From positions 248,001 through 312,000 of the forward strand of contig OZ025727.1 in NCBI GenBank assembly GCA_964019335.1: a DNA stretch of 64,000 nt, in the 5' to 3' direction. The position numbers and the translations under genes are program-made. The notes beneath the pieces were generated by a model that worked only from the letters and a program-made list of their open reading frames with translations, made no database searches and was not told the DNA's origin. Below, one piece after another: positions 10,401 through 20,228 of this stretch (position 1 is its first letter; the number at the start of each line of letters is the position of its first letter). The DNA comes from Diplonema japonicum (lineage: Eukaryota > Protista > Euglenozoa: Diplonemea).

Positions 10401-12530
10401 CTGACGAACACAGTCGACGCGGTGTCCTCTTCCTCTGTGAACGGGACGCTTTGGTATGTGGCAGACGGTGCGGCAGGCCTCAAGGTTTACAACACCACCT
10501 TCTCTACCACACAACCCATCATCGCTGTTGGGACTGTGGGCGAGGTACGCAAGGTTGTTCCTTTCAAGCAGTACCTCCTTGTGGCCAATGGGGTCGATGG
10601 GCTGAAGCTGTACAAGGTTGACACAGAGTCGAGGGTTGCAGAGCTGCTTGCCCGTCTTGAGACTTCTGAAGCGATCTACGACGTTGTCCTCGAACCAGAG
10701 ACGATGAAGGGCTACATGGCGGAGGGCAGGCGGGGGGTCTCCTCCTTCAACTTCGAAATACTTGACAAGATCACTGTCACAAGCACAGTGGACCTCGTTG
10801 ACTCCGTCTTCCTTTCCCTGACTGATTACGGGGATGTTAGCTACCTACTTGTGGGGGACTCGGGCCTTCTCTCTGTTATTGAACTCATCAAGGAGGTACC
10901 GATGTATCTGGAGAGCCCGTGGCCTGAGTACGCTGTAGGGGTGGGGTTCGAGACGAAGCTGACACCGAAGGAGGTTGCGAGCAAGGAGGCGACCTCTGTG
11001 GAGGTGAAGTCGGTTGTGCGGATCGCAAGCGGTCGGGAGGCGGCTTGGCCTGAGTGGCTGGAGTACTCGGACCCCCTGCTGCTTCGGGGGACTCCTCCAA
11101 AGGAGCTGACTGGGCAGGAGGTGGTGTTGAAGTTCGCGGTGGAGCTCCCGAACGGGGCAGTTCACGAGGTCTTCTACACGCTGTCGATCGTACCGAGTCT
11201 GAAGGTTCGGAACGAGCTTGGGAAGCCACAGGTGGTGACACCGGCGAACACTGGGGTGGCGACGCTGCAGCTGGAGGTACCTCGGTCGGGAGAGTTCCTC
11301 CCGGAGCAGGGGGCTGTGTCGGTGACATCGAAACCTGTTGAAGGGAGCCTGCGGGTCTACGGTCCTGTTCCCGACCTGAACGACTTCCTGAAGGGGCTCC
11401 GGTTCGACCTGAAGGAGCCTTCGGAGAACCTGTCGAGGGTGACGCTGCTGGTGACGGACGACGTGAACCAGGGGGCTGTGCAGTACAACATCACGGTGGC
11501 GGACCTGAAGTTCAACATGCGTCCTGTTTTTGAGGGCAACAAAAACAACACCAACAACAACAACAACTGGGACCCAACAGCGACAACAGGACAAGGCTTT
11601 CGCTTCCAACTGGTTCCTATCCGGGTGTCGGACCCCGATGGGGACGCGCTGACCCTGTCTGCTGTGGAGGTGGGTCGGCAATCCCTCCCCGGGTGGCTGG
11701 AGCTGGACCCGTCTGGCTACTTCTACGGGGAAGCGACGGTGGAGGATGTGGGGACGGTTGAGATCAACCTGACGGCGAGGGACACCTACGGCGGGGAGAC
11801 GTCTCGGGTCTTCAAGCTGCGGGTGAAGCGCTCCTTCTGGGACCTGTTCTGGTACGTGTTCTCAATTGTGGCCCCGATCGTGTCTGGGCTCGGGATGCTG
11901 TACGGGGCTTGGGTGTACTACTCCCTTTTGTGGAACAACTTCGGGGGGAGGTGGTACTACTGGGAGGTCCCTCCTTCCCTGTTGTTGACCGGGGAGTGGT
12001 ACCACGCGGAGAGGAAGAAGAAGAAGAAGAAGGGGTCGAAGAAGGAGAGCAGGAGGATTGACCCGGAGAGCGTGCGAGAGATCCGGATGATGCGGCACAT
12101 CAAACACTCCCTCGGGCAGAAGGTGCGGTCCCGGCTGAGGTGGGTCCTTCCCTCGGCGTACCTCCGGCACGAGCGACAGGAACCACTGGTGAACGGCGAC
12201 AACCTCACCCCTTGGATCGAGTACAACGAGCTCGCCCACACCTTCCGCCTTCTCTACGATGAGATCGACGACGACGACGCGGGCATCTACTACCTCATCG
12301 TCTTCGGCCGCTTCGACGACATCCTCCAGGAGATCCGCCTCGAGCCCGCCGTTGTGAAGTCCCAGGAGCACAGGCTTCGCACAGCTCCGAAGGACTCTGT
12401 GAGCTTCAAGGACCTCATTGTTGAAGAGGCTGAGGTCGGGACCCCTTTGAGCCCCAATCCTTTGGGGTACAGGAGGATGTCGTTCTTGAAACCTGAAACA
12501 CAAAGTGAGGCAGACGTCCTGCTCTTGTAG
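7488..12530 (+). CDS. Family B surface protein, copy 1: 3xCUB, P/T stalk, LVIVD-like beta-propeller, cadherin/He_PIG-like Ig, TM, cytoplasmic tail
   Basis: CUB motifs (SGTLRYP..Y.NN..CWRI, FCG, FRFKS..GF) three times. PTDPP/PATAP repeats. YVADS.GLQVF, YVADGAAGLKVY, FDVRDPTRP. SDPDGDALTLSA..LPGWLELDP..G..TVEDVGTVEINLTARD. TM VFSIVAPIVSGLGMLYGAWVYY followed by a Lys run. Confidence 0.92.
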   Translation: MHVQLLLAVLSLGQLDPPACNGVYSIDTAAESGTLRYPNSGQYANNADLCWRIKSTKWIRLEWVSLDIEDITECVKLSDCASSDPCSLTESCGNDALIAYDTSNFPGMTFCGMAASNIIWQPTSKGDVVFRFKSNSKTTGQGFTVKWSTCEVKPDTGYSVERAPRCGGQIEHILTNPTGTLSHPAKGGEYRTGENECWRILCNGQLSLTWKNFDLRRGTNIGCHEDKVTIYDSEEVEHTLCHKLALTVYPPGDIVINFFSDVCEVRFGFIVSWSCGAWDYPTPPQKGTLVGADCRVYSSDFSTSAGNLAYPSTPGLYGNSIKLCWRIQCGGQLTLTYHEMDIDLTTKCFRDHLAFEQQGLVRSDLYCGTVLPDYQPPIRGDLVVYFRSDGINSGEGFNLSWVCDDSPDPPAPSNPGMQPPATQPPPLTACPIPATSAPDTLAPPTDAPATAPPTDPPTTPFPPTDPPTTSAPSTSAPLTQAPPTSEPVKDTTAPTTPRPDTPTFVPVTVAPPTTGPTAVPTRSPGIVPTPAPPTETTETLNKTGIEEVLTSTGKTVIRTTDGGVTVVDKTEGGGGGGGFGGSVTVPGGPQTAVKVSGKTLVMGSANGTVSIVDIEKTPPTVKGSWTATGEVRSIAIGRSLLAVSDSAGLKIVSLRNPELPILMGELKVGYMQEMGFTEDATFLFGVPEGSGEVLMFDVRDPTRPSLKYSLEVKIPVSSVRVGRDEVFVCDSEGLKRFNTGTLPPSLALSQPGACGLLAATHERRYLFVSDPVTGGAANAKRITQYSLDPSLTADGLLFSRGPVLSMEVSADDRYLYVADSLGLQVFPLVRTNPGRLDNPLLKLLRSVRTGRRANGAKVLDKSQMVIAADDEGLSSFFNIFDSKNSDGRKKWITGGATAVETSLDGRWGFYGKGSAVTVFEVVTLNTVTTVATPSEVRSMTRFAGVLYVTCKDGVYSYSLNDLPQVSFLSTVLTNTVDAVSSSSVNGTLWYVADGAAGLKVYNTTFSTTQPIIAVGTVGEVRKVVPFKQYLLVANGVDGLKLYKVDTESRVAELLARLETSEAIYDVVLEPETMKGYMAEGRRGVSSFNFEILDKITVTSTVDLVDSVFLSLTDYGDVSYLLVGDSGLLSVIELIKEVPMYLESPWPEYAVGVGFETKLTPKEVASKEATSVEVKSVVRIASGREAAWPEWLEYSDPLLLRGTPPKELTGQEVVLKFAVELPNGAVHEVFYTLSIVPSLKVRNELGKPQVVTPANTGVATLQLEVPRSGEFLPEQGAVSVTSKPVEGSLRVYGPVPDLNDFLKGLRFDLKEPSENLSRVTLLVTDDVNQGAVQYNITVADLKFNMRPVFEGNKNNTNNNNNWDPTATTGQGFRFQLVPIRVSDPDGDALTLSAVEVGRQSLPGWLELDPSGYFYGEATVEDVGTVEINLTARDTYGGETSRVFKLRVKRSFWDLFWYVFSIVAPIVSGLGMLYGAWVYYSLLWNNFGGRWYYWEVPPSLLLTGEWYHAERKKKKKKGSKKESRRIDPESVREIRMMRHIKHSLGQKVRSRLRWVLPSAYLRHERQEPLVNGDNLTPWIEYNELAHTFRLLYDEIDDDDAGIYYLIVFGRFDDILQEIRLEPAVVKSQEHRLRTAPKDSVSFKDLIVEEAEVGTPLSPNPLGYRRMSFLKPETQSEADVLLL

Positions 12531-12693
12531 CTTTGCTACTTTGGGTGCGTTGTGCAAGTAGGTGGCACTATATTTTCTTTTTATTATCTGGTGTGGTTCT
12601 CCTCATGCCTACGAAGGCGACGTGCGATATATTGTATGTATACACACCCATCTTATTATTCTGGAATTCTTGACAAATTATCTTGCTTTGGCT

Positions 12694-12751
12694 CGCTGCT
12701 GAAGGGGGATAGTAGTGGATACACAAAGGGGCAATCTCGTCCTTTCGCATC
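12694..12751 (+). mobile_element. LINE 3'-terminal relic with hairpin
   Basis: CGCTGCTGAAGGGGGATAG matches 369-387. It is followed by an AAAGGGGC/GTCCTTT hairpin and a pyrimidine tract. Confidence 0.5.
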
Positions 12752-13024
12752 TTCTTTTACAGAGGAGTTAGTTGTTATACTTTTCTTCTCTCTTACACAG
12801 GGACTGAACCGTTTCTTTCTGCACTTGTTATCGTCTATGGAAAGCTCTCTCCTGTGGACCCCCCCTATCCGGACAGGAGCAATTCTCGGGCAGTGTTCTC
12901 CTGTTTTCTTTTTCACTCCTATGAGTCTTTAGTTCAGGGGGGTAACAGCATTTTGTTTCACGGAGAACATAGGGGCCGGTTCGCCTATAGCTCTTTAGGT
13001 GGATATGACTTTCCAGAGGTGGTT

Positions 13025-13148
13025 GACTTTTGGAAATTCGGGGTCCGTGTTTTCCTTTTCCTTTGGGGTCTTTCCCCTTCACAGATGAAGCATCCCCGCC
13101 CTGCCAATCTCATCATATTGGTGGTGGTAGGGGTGGGAGTTTTGCACA
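13025..13148 (+). repeat. Conserved downstream element shared by family B copies 1 and 4
   Basis: TTTTCCTTTGGGG..TCACAG.TGAAGCAT.CCC.GCCC...TATTGGTGGTGGT...TTTGCAC recurs at 54140-54256. Confidence 0.7.
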
Positions 13149-14056
13149 CTTCGACACATCCCTCTCTTTTTTTTTTTTTTTAAAGCATTCGGCCTTGTCT
13201 AGGCGTGAGGACCAGCAGTCGCATCTTTTGGCTTCGGCAGTAAAGAAAAAAGATGCCCGCTCCCACCCTCGAGTCGCGCCATGGTGCACAAGTTAGAAGC
13301 TTGCTTGTGTGTCCGTTTTTGGCATTAAAAGATCGAGTTCTTTTTTTTCCTTCTTTTTTTTAATTAATTCAAATTCAACTTTTGAGCAGAAAAATGAGGA
13401 AACAAAACACTGCAAAGCTCTTAAAATTTCATCTTTTTTTTGGTCTTGTTTCTTCTTTTGGAATACAAAAATGAAAAAAAGAAAAGTCAATTAGAAAGAT
13501 TTTAAGAGATTTACAGTTGCGTAGTCAGCTCAGTTTTGCCCGTGGTAGAAAGCAAAAAAAAACGAAAAAAAGAATCTTTTTTTTTTTAAACCCTCTTGCC
13601 ACCTAAAGTCATTTTCACCTATTGCCGCCCCATTGGGTATATTGCCACTGGTAGCAATAGGTGAAGAATCATGCATCTTTCTTAAGGAGCTGAATCCCTT
13701 TTTAGTTTTTTTCTTTTTACACCCACAAGTGTCCAGTAGAAACTGCCGAGCTCTTCCCTTCGAAGGGGTCTTGTGGATCAGCATAACGCGGTATTTCTTT
13801 GTGGGCACCCAAAAAAGTTCTCAAATGACAATTCTTATCCTTGCACACGACGTCTTTTTTTTTCCTTCTTTTTTTCTTTTTTTTTAAACACGAGGGAGTT
13901 CTTTCTTGCTGTTGTGAATACGTTTTCATGGAATTGAACACAATAGATATCTTTTTTGGAAGGGGTCCTCTCCCGTGAGTTGAGACCTACGGGCTTTTTC
14001 AAGGGAAAAAAAAAAAAAAAGGACTTTACCTTAGAAATCGCAAAAAAAACAACTAT

Positions 14057-14167
14057 AAGTAGACAAGAAGGGGCGTTCTAAACGAGGAGTCTCCTTATCT
14101 CATCTGTTATTTCTTTCTTTTCTTGAACAGTGAGCACCTCCATGCACACTAAAACCTTATCAAATTT
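14057..14167 (+). repeat. Retroelement-type 3' hairpin relic plus GAACRGTGAGCACC motif (copy 1)
   Basis: AAGTAGAC, then hairpin 14061-14100, a T-tract, and TGAACAGTGAGCACC...TTATCAAATTT, which is also seen at 21891 and 47299. Confidence 0.55.
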
Positions 14168-15026
14168 CTTTTTCTTTTTTTTTTTTTTTTTTTTTCACAT
14201 GAACAAGAAAAAACAATATATGAGCTCGTCCGGACGAAAATGTCAACACTTTTTTGGGCACCTCCGAAAATTTCTTGTTTTGATTATTTGAGCAAAAAAA
14301 GGGCAGCATGCAACCATAGGATGACGACATACATGGTGTACCTGTTGCCGTTCTTTCAATTGCGATACTTGTTTTGCCATGAGGGTGGCAGGCTTTGCAA
14401 CCGGCTGCCCCCGGGAAGCGAAAAATAGAGGTCAGAAAAACGTCGAAAAATGTTTAAAATGCAATTTTATTGCTTAAAATGCAGCATCTAGGGTGCAAAA
14501 GATTGGTGTTCAAGCGCACTTGTGACCCCTGGGTACAACCCAGGTTTTTCCTTTTCTTTTGCACTCATAATACTTTAAAAGTGAAATTTCTGCTTTTTTA
14601 AAGGGTTTTAAAGGGATTTTAGCCTTAAATAGGCCAAAATGGCACTTTAAGGGTAAGTTCTCCCCACCCCATTTTAATAGTGATTTAGAGTCCAGCCCAC
14701 CCAAAATGGCCCCAAAGGTTTCACAGATTTTCAATCTGCGTCCATTCCTCCTGTCGCTTTTCACGGAAAAACGAAAATAAAAAAAATGGAGTCTGGGTTA
14801 TTTGTAACTTCCAAACTGAATCGTTTGCCAAAAACCATTCTAAAACACCTGCACGTGCGTTTAAAAAATAAAACAAACGGCGAGCATTTTGATTATGGAG
14901 TTCACACAAAGTGGTGTCGGGTCGGACTACTTTTTTACTTAGAAATTTAACGGGGGTTTTCTGCCGCATAGGAGGGTCTTTTGTTGATATTTTTTTTCGG
15001 AGCTCGTATCGATATTGATCCTTAAT

Positions 15027-15122
15027 GGGAGAGACTGCGACCGATGTTCGCGCGGATGCCATTCCATGGCTGAAAGGCTAACCCAACGGCGGCACCATTA
15101 CCGCAGTCTACGATAGGCACCA
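15027..15122 (+). repeat. GC-rich element upstream of family A copy 2
   Basis: GACTGCGACCGATGTTC..CGCG.GATGCC, CCC.ACGGC.GGCACCA and CAGTC.ACGAT.GGCACCA recur in the same order at 23573-23695. Confidence 0.65.
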
Positions 15123-15324
15123 TGCTATTTTTAAAAAAAAAAAAAAAAAAAAAAAAGGCAACTTTTCTCTTTTTCTTCAACCCTTAGGGATTCCTCTTTT
15201 TCTAGCTTAGTACTGTTGCATCCCCTATCTTCCCCAGTATTATTTTTTGGCGGTGAATAGAGAAAAAAAAAAAAAAAAAAAAAAAGGGAAAAAGTTACGT
15301 TAAAGTTCAAAAGGCGGGTGTTTA

Positions 15325-16518
15325 ATGTTACTGTTCGCGGTGTGCTGTGCTGCGGGGTTGGTCCACCCCGAACCGATTTCGCCGTTGCTGACGGCCAACA
15401 TCCAGACGATTCTTGTTTCTTTCGGTGGCAACAAAAGCAGCAAGGGGAAGCTGGTGTACAGCAGGGAAAACCAACTGCAGGCTAAAATATCCTCAGGGGA
15501 AGCAGGGTCTTTTGTTCCCACATCTTGGGAAGGAACCCCTAAAGGTGTCATCGAGCAGGCAAACTATAACTACGGGACTCAGACGTACTGGCAGCAGAAC
15601 AACAGAAACTACGAGGCTCCGGCATCCCCATCGTTCCCCGACATGTTTGCGTGGGTCCCCGCAACAAGCTTCGTCAGGAACACCACCATCAACAACATCG
15701 CAGTGCAGGAGTACTTCCTCAACGTCTCTACGGTTGGTGAGTTTCGCTACTTTTGCACCCCCGAGAACACCATTGTAAGGACGGCCATGAACATCACTGC
15801 CCCTGGCCTCCCTGGGGCCGAGAGCTTCCACACCTTCGTCCAAGACACGTACAGCAACGTCAGCTACACAGTGGACCCCACAGTCTTCACTTCATTCAAC
15901 AAAACGGCAGCCCTGGACCCTCCTGTGTGCGCTGGACCGAGCAACCCCCCGCCCGTCACCCTTGACATGTACATCTTCCACCCGCGTGACAACGTCACCA
16001 TCAGCAATCAGGACACTGCCGATATCTTGGGGGACACGAACTTCGTGTGTCTGGATGCCCTGTCGAACCACACGGCTCGGGACCACTACGATGTGGCATC
16101 GTGGTACAAGGTGGAGGTTCTTCCTGTTTGGGGTCAGTACCAGCTGTGCAATGGGTACCCTGGGCAGTGCATGGGGTCGAACACACACCTCGTCGGAAGG
16201 CAGCTTGCCTTCGGCGTGACACAGTTTGGGGGACAGTGCAACGAGGAGGATGCCAATGAAGTTGGTGTGTGGTGGTCGATGCCTGCTGATGGGGAGTGCA
16301 AGGAGGGACAGGTTCCTTCTGAGGGAGTGTGCTCGTGGAGGGTGGTTCGCAGGGTGAAGACGATCGATGCTGTGAAGTGCCTGTTTGGGGAGCTGGGGAT
16401 GCTTGACTCGTGCAGGAAGGAGCAAAGGCCTCCCTACCCAGTGACCAGCGATATGTACAGGCGGGCCTTCACAGAGGACAGCGTGGCGCAGAGGGGCTGC
16501 CCTCCCATCAACCCGTAG
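15325..16518 (+). CDS. Family A secreted protein, copy 2
   Basis: Paralogue of 5819..7009; C-half nearly identical at DNA level. Confidence 0.9.
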   Translation: MLLFAVCCAAGLVHPEPISPLLTANIQTILVSFGGNKSSKGKLVYSRENQLQAKISSGEAGSFVPTSWEGTPKGVIEQANYNYGTQTYWQQNNRNYEAPASPSFPDMFAWVPATSFVRNTTINNIAVQEYFLNVSTVGEFRYFCTPENTIVRTAMNITAPGLPGAESFHTFVQDTYSNVSYTVDPTVFTSFNKTAALDPPVCAGPSNPPPVTLDMYIFHPRDNVTISNQDTADILGDTNFVCLDALSNHTARDHYDVASWYKVEVLPVWGQYQLCNGYPGQCMGSNTHLVGRQLAFGVTQFGGQCNEEDANEVGVWWSMPADGECKEGQVPSEGVCSWRVVRRVKTIDAVKCLFGELGMLDSCRKEQRPPYPVTSDMYRRAFTEDSVAQRGCPPINP

Positions 16519-16631
16519 GACACGAAACTTATTCTTTTGTACGAAATAGTCGATTTTACAAAAGATACTTTTAAAAGAAAGAGAGTTCATGTCTAGGAAT
16601 GCTATATTCGCGGGGTTTCTTTTTTTTTTTT

Positions 16632-18416
16632 CAGGGGATGTATTCCCAGATCACAAGGAGGTTCAAGTACCCCATAGGAGTAGGTGACACGTTTGAGGCC
16701 ACAAACGGAATCCTCCAAGGGTGCCCGTTGTCGGTCATTGTCATCAACGCCCTGCTGTCCATCATGATACGGGCCATCGAGCAAGTAGCGCCGGACGCCG
16801 AGGTGCTAGCATATGCTGACGACGCTTACCTGTTAGCGAAGCTACGCGACTCCCTACAAGCAGCGGTCGAAGGGACTCTGGAGTTCTGCGACCTGACTGG
16901 CATGAAGGTCAACGAGGAAAAGACGGTTGGCTTTGGCACCGCAGAGGGTTACAAGTCGAGAGTCGTGGGAGACCGTACGGCGAATAGGAAAGGCTCGGTA
17001 GTTGCTGTACCTTACAAGACGGTGACGGACTAAAGGGCTTGGCGTGAGGATCAACACGCGCAGGACAGGAACGAAATGGAACAGACCATCCACGGATGCA
17101 CTTGACTCACTAGACCGGCTAGGGTGCACGAGATTAGCTTTCGAGACCAAAGCACACATGGTCAGCACGACAGTACTCCCGTCATGCCTCTACAGCGGGC
17201 CGTTCTCTCCCCCATGTGACGAGACACTCAAGAAGTTGTCAACGAGGGTAACATGCAATCTGTGGGGCCCGCATCATCGTGGACGATCTCCAACCGCGGT
17301 CAACACGGTCCTCTTGAAGGGGCACACCAGCGACCCCCTCTCCTATGTGATATACCACTCCCTGAAGGTAGTGTCCAGAGCGCTTGACGACGAGAGACTG
17401 CGACAGAGATGCACACGGATCGCTGCGGGGTGCGGCACGGGGTCCATCCCAATGGGGCCAGTAGGCAACCTGATCTGTCGGTGGCTCCCCTACATAGGGT
17501 GGAGCTGGACGCAGCTGCTAGACTGTAGGAACAAACCCTGGGCCGAGCGCGGGCACGCCTTTAGGGACGCGGTGAGGAAAGCCCGGAGCAGGTCACTGGC
17601 GAACGAAAGAAGCACAGTGAAGGGGATGGAGGCGGGAGCGGATCCCAAAACCAACCAACTGTGGAAGACAGCCAAGGACCCACTCATGTCCTACTGCCTG
17701 AGACGGGTGATCGCCGGAGGGGTCCCCTACCTTAGCCCGCATGCAGGTACGAGTCAAAGGAGCGTCCCCCTGGCACCAGAAGGAGATGGCACCGAGGAAG
17801 ACGGGGACAGCATAGACCACGTCCCAACGACGGAAGTACCACGCACACAAGGGTTCAGGTGTGACCTGTGTGAGTCACCACACCCGGACACGGTAACCTT
17901 ACTCCGCCATCAGCTCTACGAGTGTGCCTGCGCACGGGACGAGCTGGCACAGGACGGTTTGGAACCGCTGCGCGACAGGACGGGATGGCCCCTGTGTCTT
18001 GAGCTACACGCAATACTGCCGAGAGGACATGCCTTTGCATACCTGGAAAAACTGCAACGATACTTGGCCGTGGTGGTTGAGAAGCGGGACGTGGAGCTCG
18101 TGCAGAAGGAGGACGTCAACACACAGCCGCTACCGTGGGAACGAAATGTAGTAGGAAAGAGATGCCCCGTTCCGATAGCAGGCGAGCTCGAGGGAGTGGG
18201 TGGGGTCCTGTCCCAGTACCTGAACCCGCTGCTACAATGGTTGTCACAGCTGCGCTGGGTGGAGAAGGACACCACCTCGGAGGTGTCGGCGGTGGAGCTA
18301 GCCATTGACTTCGAATGGACGACCGGGAAATCATTAGGAGGCCTGCTGGAAGATAGGGCACGCAGAATCAAGGCCCTAATCGTAAAGATAAACGCAGCGT
18401 GCAGGGCACGGAAGAA
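16632..18416 (+). mobile_element. Non-LTR retrotransposon fragment: partial reverse transcriptase + C-terminal CCHC region; frameshifted and truncated at both ends
   Basis: RT motifs GILQGCPLS, YADD, GMKVNEEKT, and GLGV after a frameshift near 17031. Zinc motif CDLC..H...EC, plus WPLCLELHAILP and VSAVELAIDFE. Confidence 0.88.
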
Positions 18417-18465
18417 CCGAGGCAAAAATAGGCCTACCGAGGCATATTATTTAACGGAAACCCCT

Positions 18466-18552
18466 ATTACTTCACGGAAAACAGGCCATTATTTCACCGT
18501 GAAGTAATGGGCCCCCCAGTGCGTGAAGTAATTTCTGAAGAGTGAAATAAAA
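18466..18552. repeat. MITE-like terminal sequence next to the truncated LINE end
   Basis: GTGAAGTAATTTCTGAAGAGTGAAATAAAA (18523-18552) matches the right arm at 54756-54787. Internal ATTACTTCAC/GTGAAGTAAT inverted motifs. Confidence 0.55.
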
Positions 18553-18617
18553 TAAAAAAAACACCCCCCAAAAAAAAGTTACGAAAACATTGTTTTTACC
18601 CCCCAAAAAAAGTAATC

Positions 18618-20228
18618 ATGATGGACTACTGTGACGTTACGCATTTTGACGTCGAACTCCCGCAGTTCAAGGTAGTGTGGGTTGGGGAGGAGGACGGCAG
18701 CGATGCAGATACATACCAAGAGTTCCTGAGGAGGTACAAAGGAGAGGTAGTGAGGGTGGATGGTGAGGGTGGGATGATTGCTGAGCTCGAAGAGGGCAGG
18801 GTGGGGTGGGTGGTCGGTGGGGGCGATGCTGCCGCACGAGCTGCACAGGACAACAGTTTCATACAACTGGGAGAGCCTCCGGTGGAAGATGATGAAGAAA
18901 CAGAACCAGAGACCGAACCCCCATTCGTGCTCTTCTTAGACAACCCTTCCTGCATCTTCGGGAACGACAAGTACGACGCCTCTGAACTACCCTCTGTGGC
19001 AGAGTATCTACACGGAGGTTCCATGGAATTCTGTCGTGGAAGAAATCCGAACATCTTTCGTGGGCCGTACGGGAAGCACCGGACCTGCTTGAAGAGGTTT
19101 CTCAAAGCAGTAGATGAGCACATGACCCCAGAGCCGGACACACCTCTCCTTGTCACGGAAGCTCCAGACGACTATAAAGGCTTAAACGCAGTACTCGCTG
19201 CCGAACTACAGCTGGCCTTCCCGCAAAACCCCAAATACTACACTTGCCCCGAGGCGCTCACCCTCCTCACCCACGGGCAGACCTCTGGCATTGTTGTCAC
19301 CATCCAGGGCAGCTACGCCAAGGTGGTTCCCATTCTGAACGGCGAGCCTCTCGTCAACTGCATCACCATCCATGACGGGTTCGAGTTACCTGTCTGGGAA
19401 ACCCATGTGGCCCATGTCCTCCCTGGTGCAAAGGCCCATTCCCTTCGCACTGCCATCGCAGCGAAGGATTTGAGCGTCTTGCTTCTGGACACCTATGGGC
19501 GATGCAAGTCCGAGGAGTTCTATTCACTGTTGCAGCACCCCGACTTCCCCCCCGAATGCAGTGAGCGTTCGTGGCTGGAGTGCGAGAAGGTGTTCTGCCA
19601 ATCGATGGGTAGAATAGTGCGCAGGTCGTTCGTTTCCTCTGATGAGAAATCAGAAACGATCGTGATGACAGGCCTCACCGAGAAGATCCACGAGTGTGTA
19701 AGGCTGCTCCCCAAGGCTGTGCTGATGAAGGTGTGCAAGAGGGTTGTGCTGGACGGTCCTGGGGCGGACATCCGTGGGATGTGTGAGCGTGTGGAGGAAG
19801 AACTGTTCCCCGACTGGACCATCGGAGGGGCACCTGAGAAGGGTGTCTCGAACGGGCTTGTGCGGCAGCAGCAGGCAGGGTCGCGGTTCTACGAGGTGAG
19901 GGACACTGTGTACAACCTCAAGAGGCTCACAGCGACGCAGGGGGGGACAGTGCAAAGCATCGCATCACTGCACCCCCCCACACCCCCCACATTCTCAAGC
20001 ATCCCTCCCGATGCTGTGCAGAACGTCCTCTCTTTCCTGAGCCCTCTTCTTTCCTACACAGACGGGCACAGGGTCACACGAGGACCTCTGGGGCAGAGCA
20101 CCCGGCAAGCATACCTCGGGGGTCTGGTTGCCGTGGAGAGGACGTCGAGGGAGGCCATCGCAGAGGTTTCCAAGTTGGACAGCAGGAGGGGCGTCCGTGT
20201 GCTCATGGAAACTGGTTCCCAACTATAA
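18618..20228 (+). CDS. Divergent actin-like (actin-related) protein with F-box-like insertion
   Basis: PLLVTEAP; LLTHGQTSGIVVTIQGSYAKVVPILNG (actin [27 protein letters not shown]); VVLDGPGADIRGMCERVEEEL (actin [20 protein letters not shown]); AYLGG. Confidence 0.8.
   Translation: MMDYCDVTHFDVELPQFKVVWVGEEDGSDADTYQEFLRRYKGEVVRVDGEGGMIAELEEGRVGWVVGGGDAAARAAQDNSFIQLGEPPVEDDEETEPETEPPFVLFLDNPSCIFGNDKYDASELPSVAEYLHGGSMEFCRGRNPNIFRGPYGKHRTCLKRFLKAVDEHMTPEPDTPLLVTEAPDDYKGLNAVLAAELQLAFPQNPKYYTCPEALTLLTHGQTSGIVVTIQGSYAKVVPILNGEPLVNCITIHDGFELPVWETHVAHVLPGAKAHSLRTAIAAKDLSVLLLDTYGRCKSEEFYSLLQHPDFPPECSERSWLECEKVFCQSMGRIVRRSFVSSDEKSETIVMTGLTEKIHECVRLLPKAVLMKVCKRVVLDGPGADIRGMCERVEEELFPDWTIGGAPEKGVSNGLVRQQQAGSRFYEVRDTVYNLKRLTATQGGTVQSIASLHPPTPPTFSSIPPDAVQNVLSFLSPLLSYTDGHRVTRGPLGQSTRQAYLGGLVAVERTSREAIAEVSKLDSRRGVRVLMETGSQL

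Noticed and set aside
8639-12557. Recurrent antisense and alternate-frame ORFs inside family A and B genes
   Set aside because: They recur only because the host DNA is duplicated; they are shadows of GC-rich coding sequence.
13960-14030. CTC-TCCCGT-GAG resembling an HDV P3/L3
   Set aside because: No convincing P1 partner or J4/2 found.
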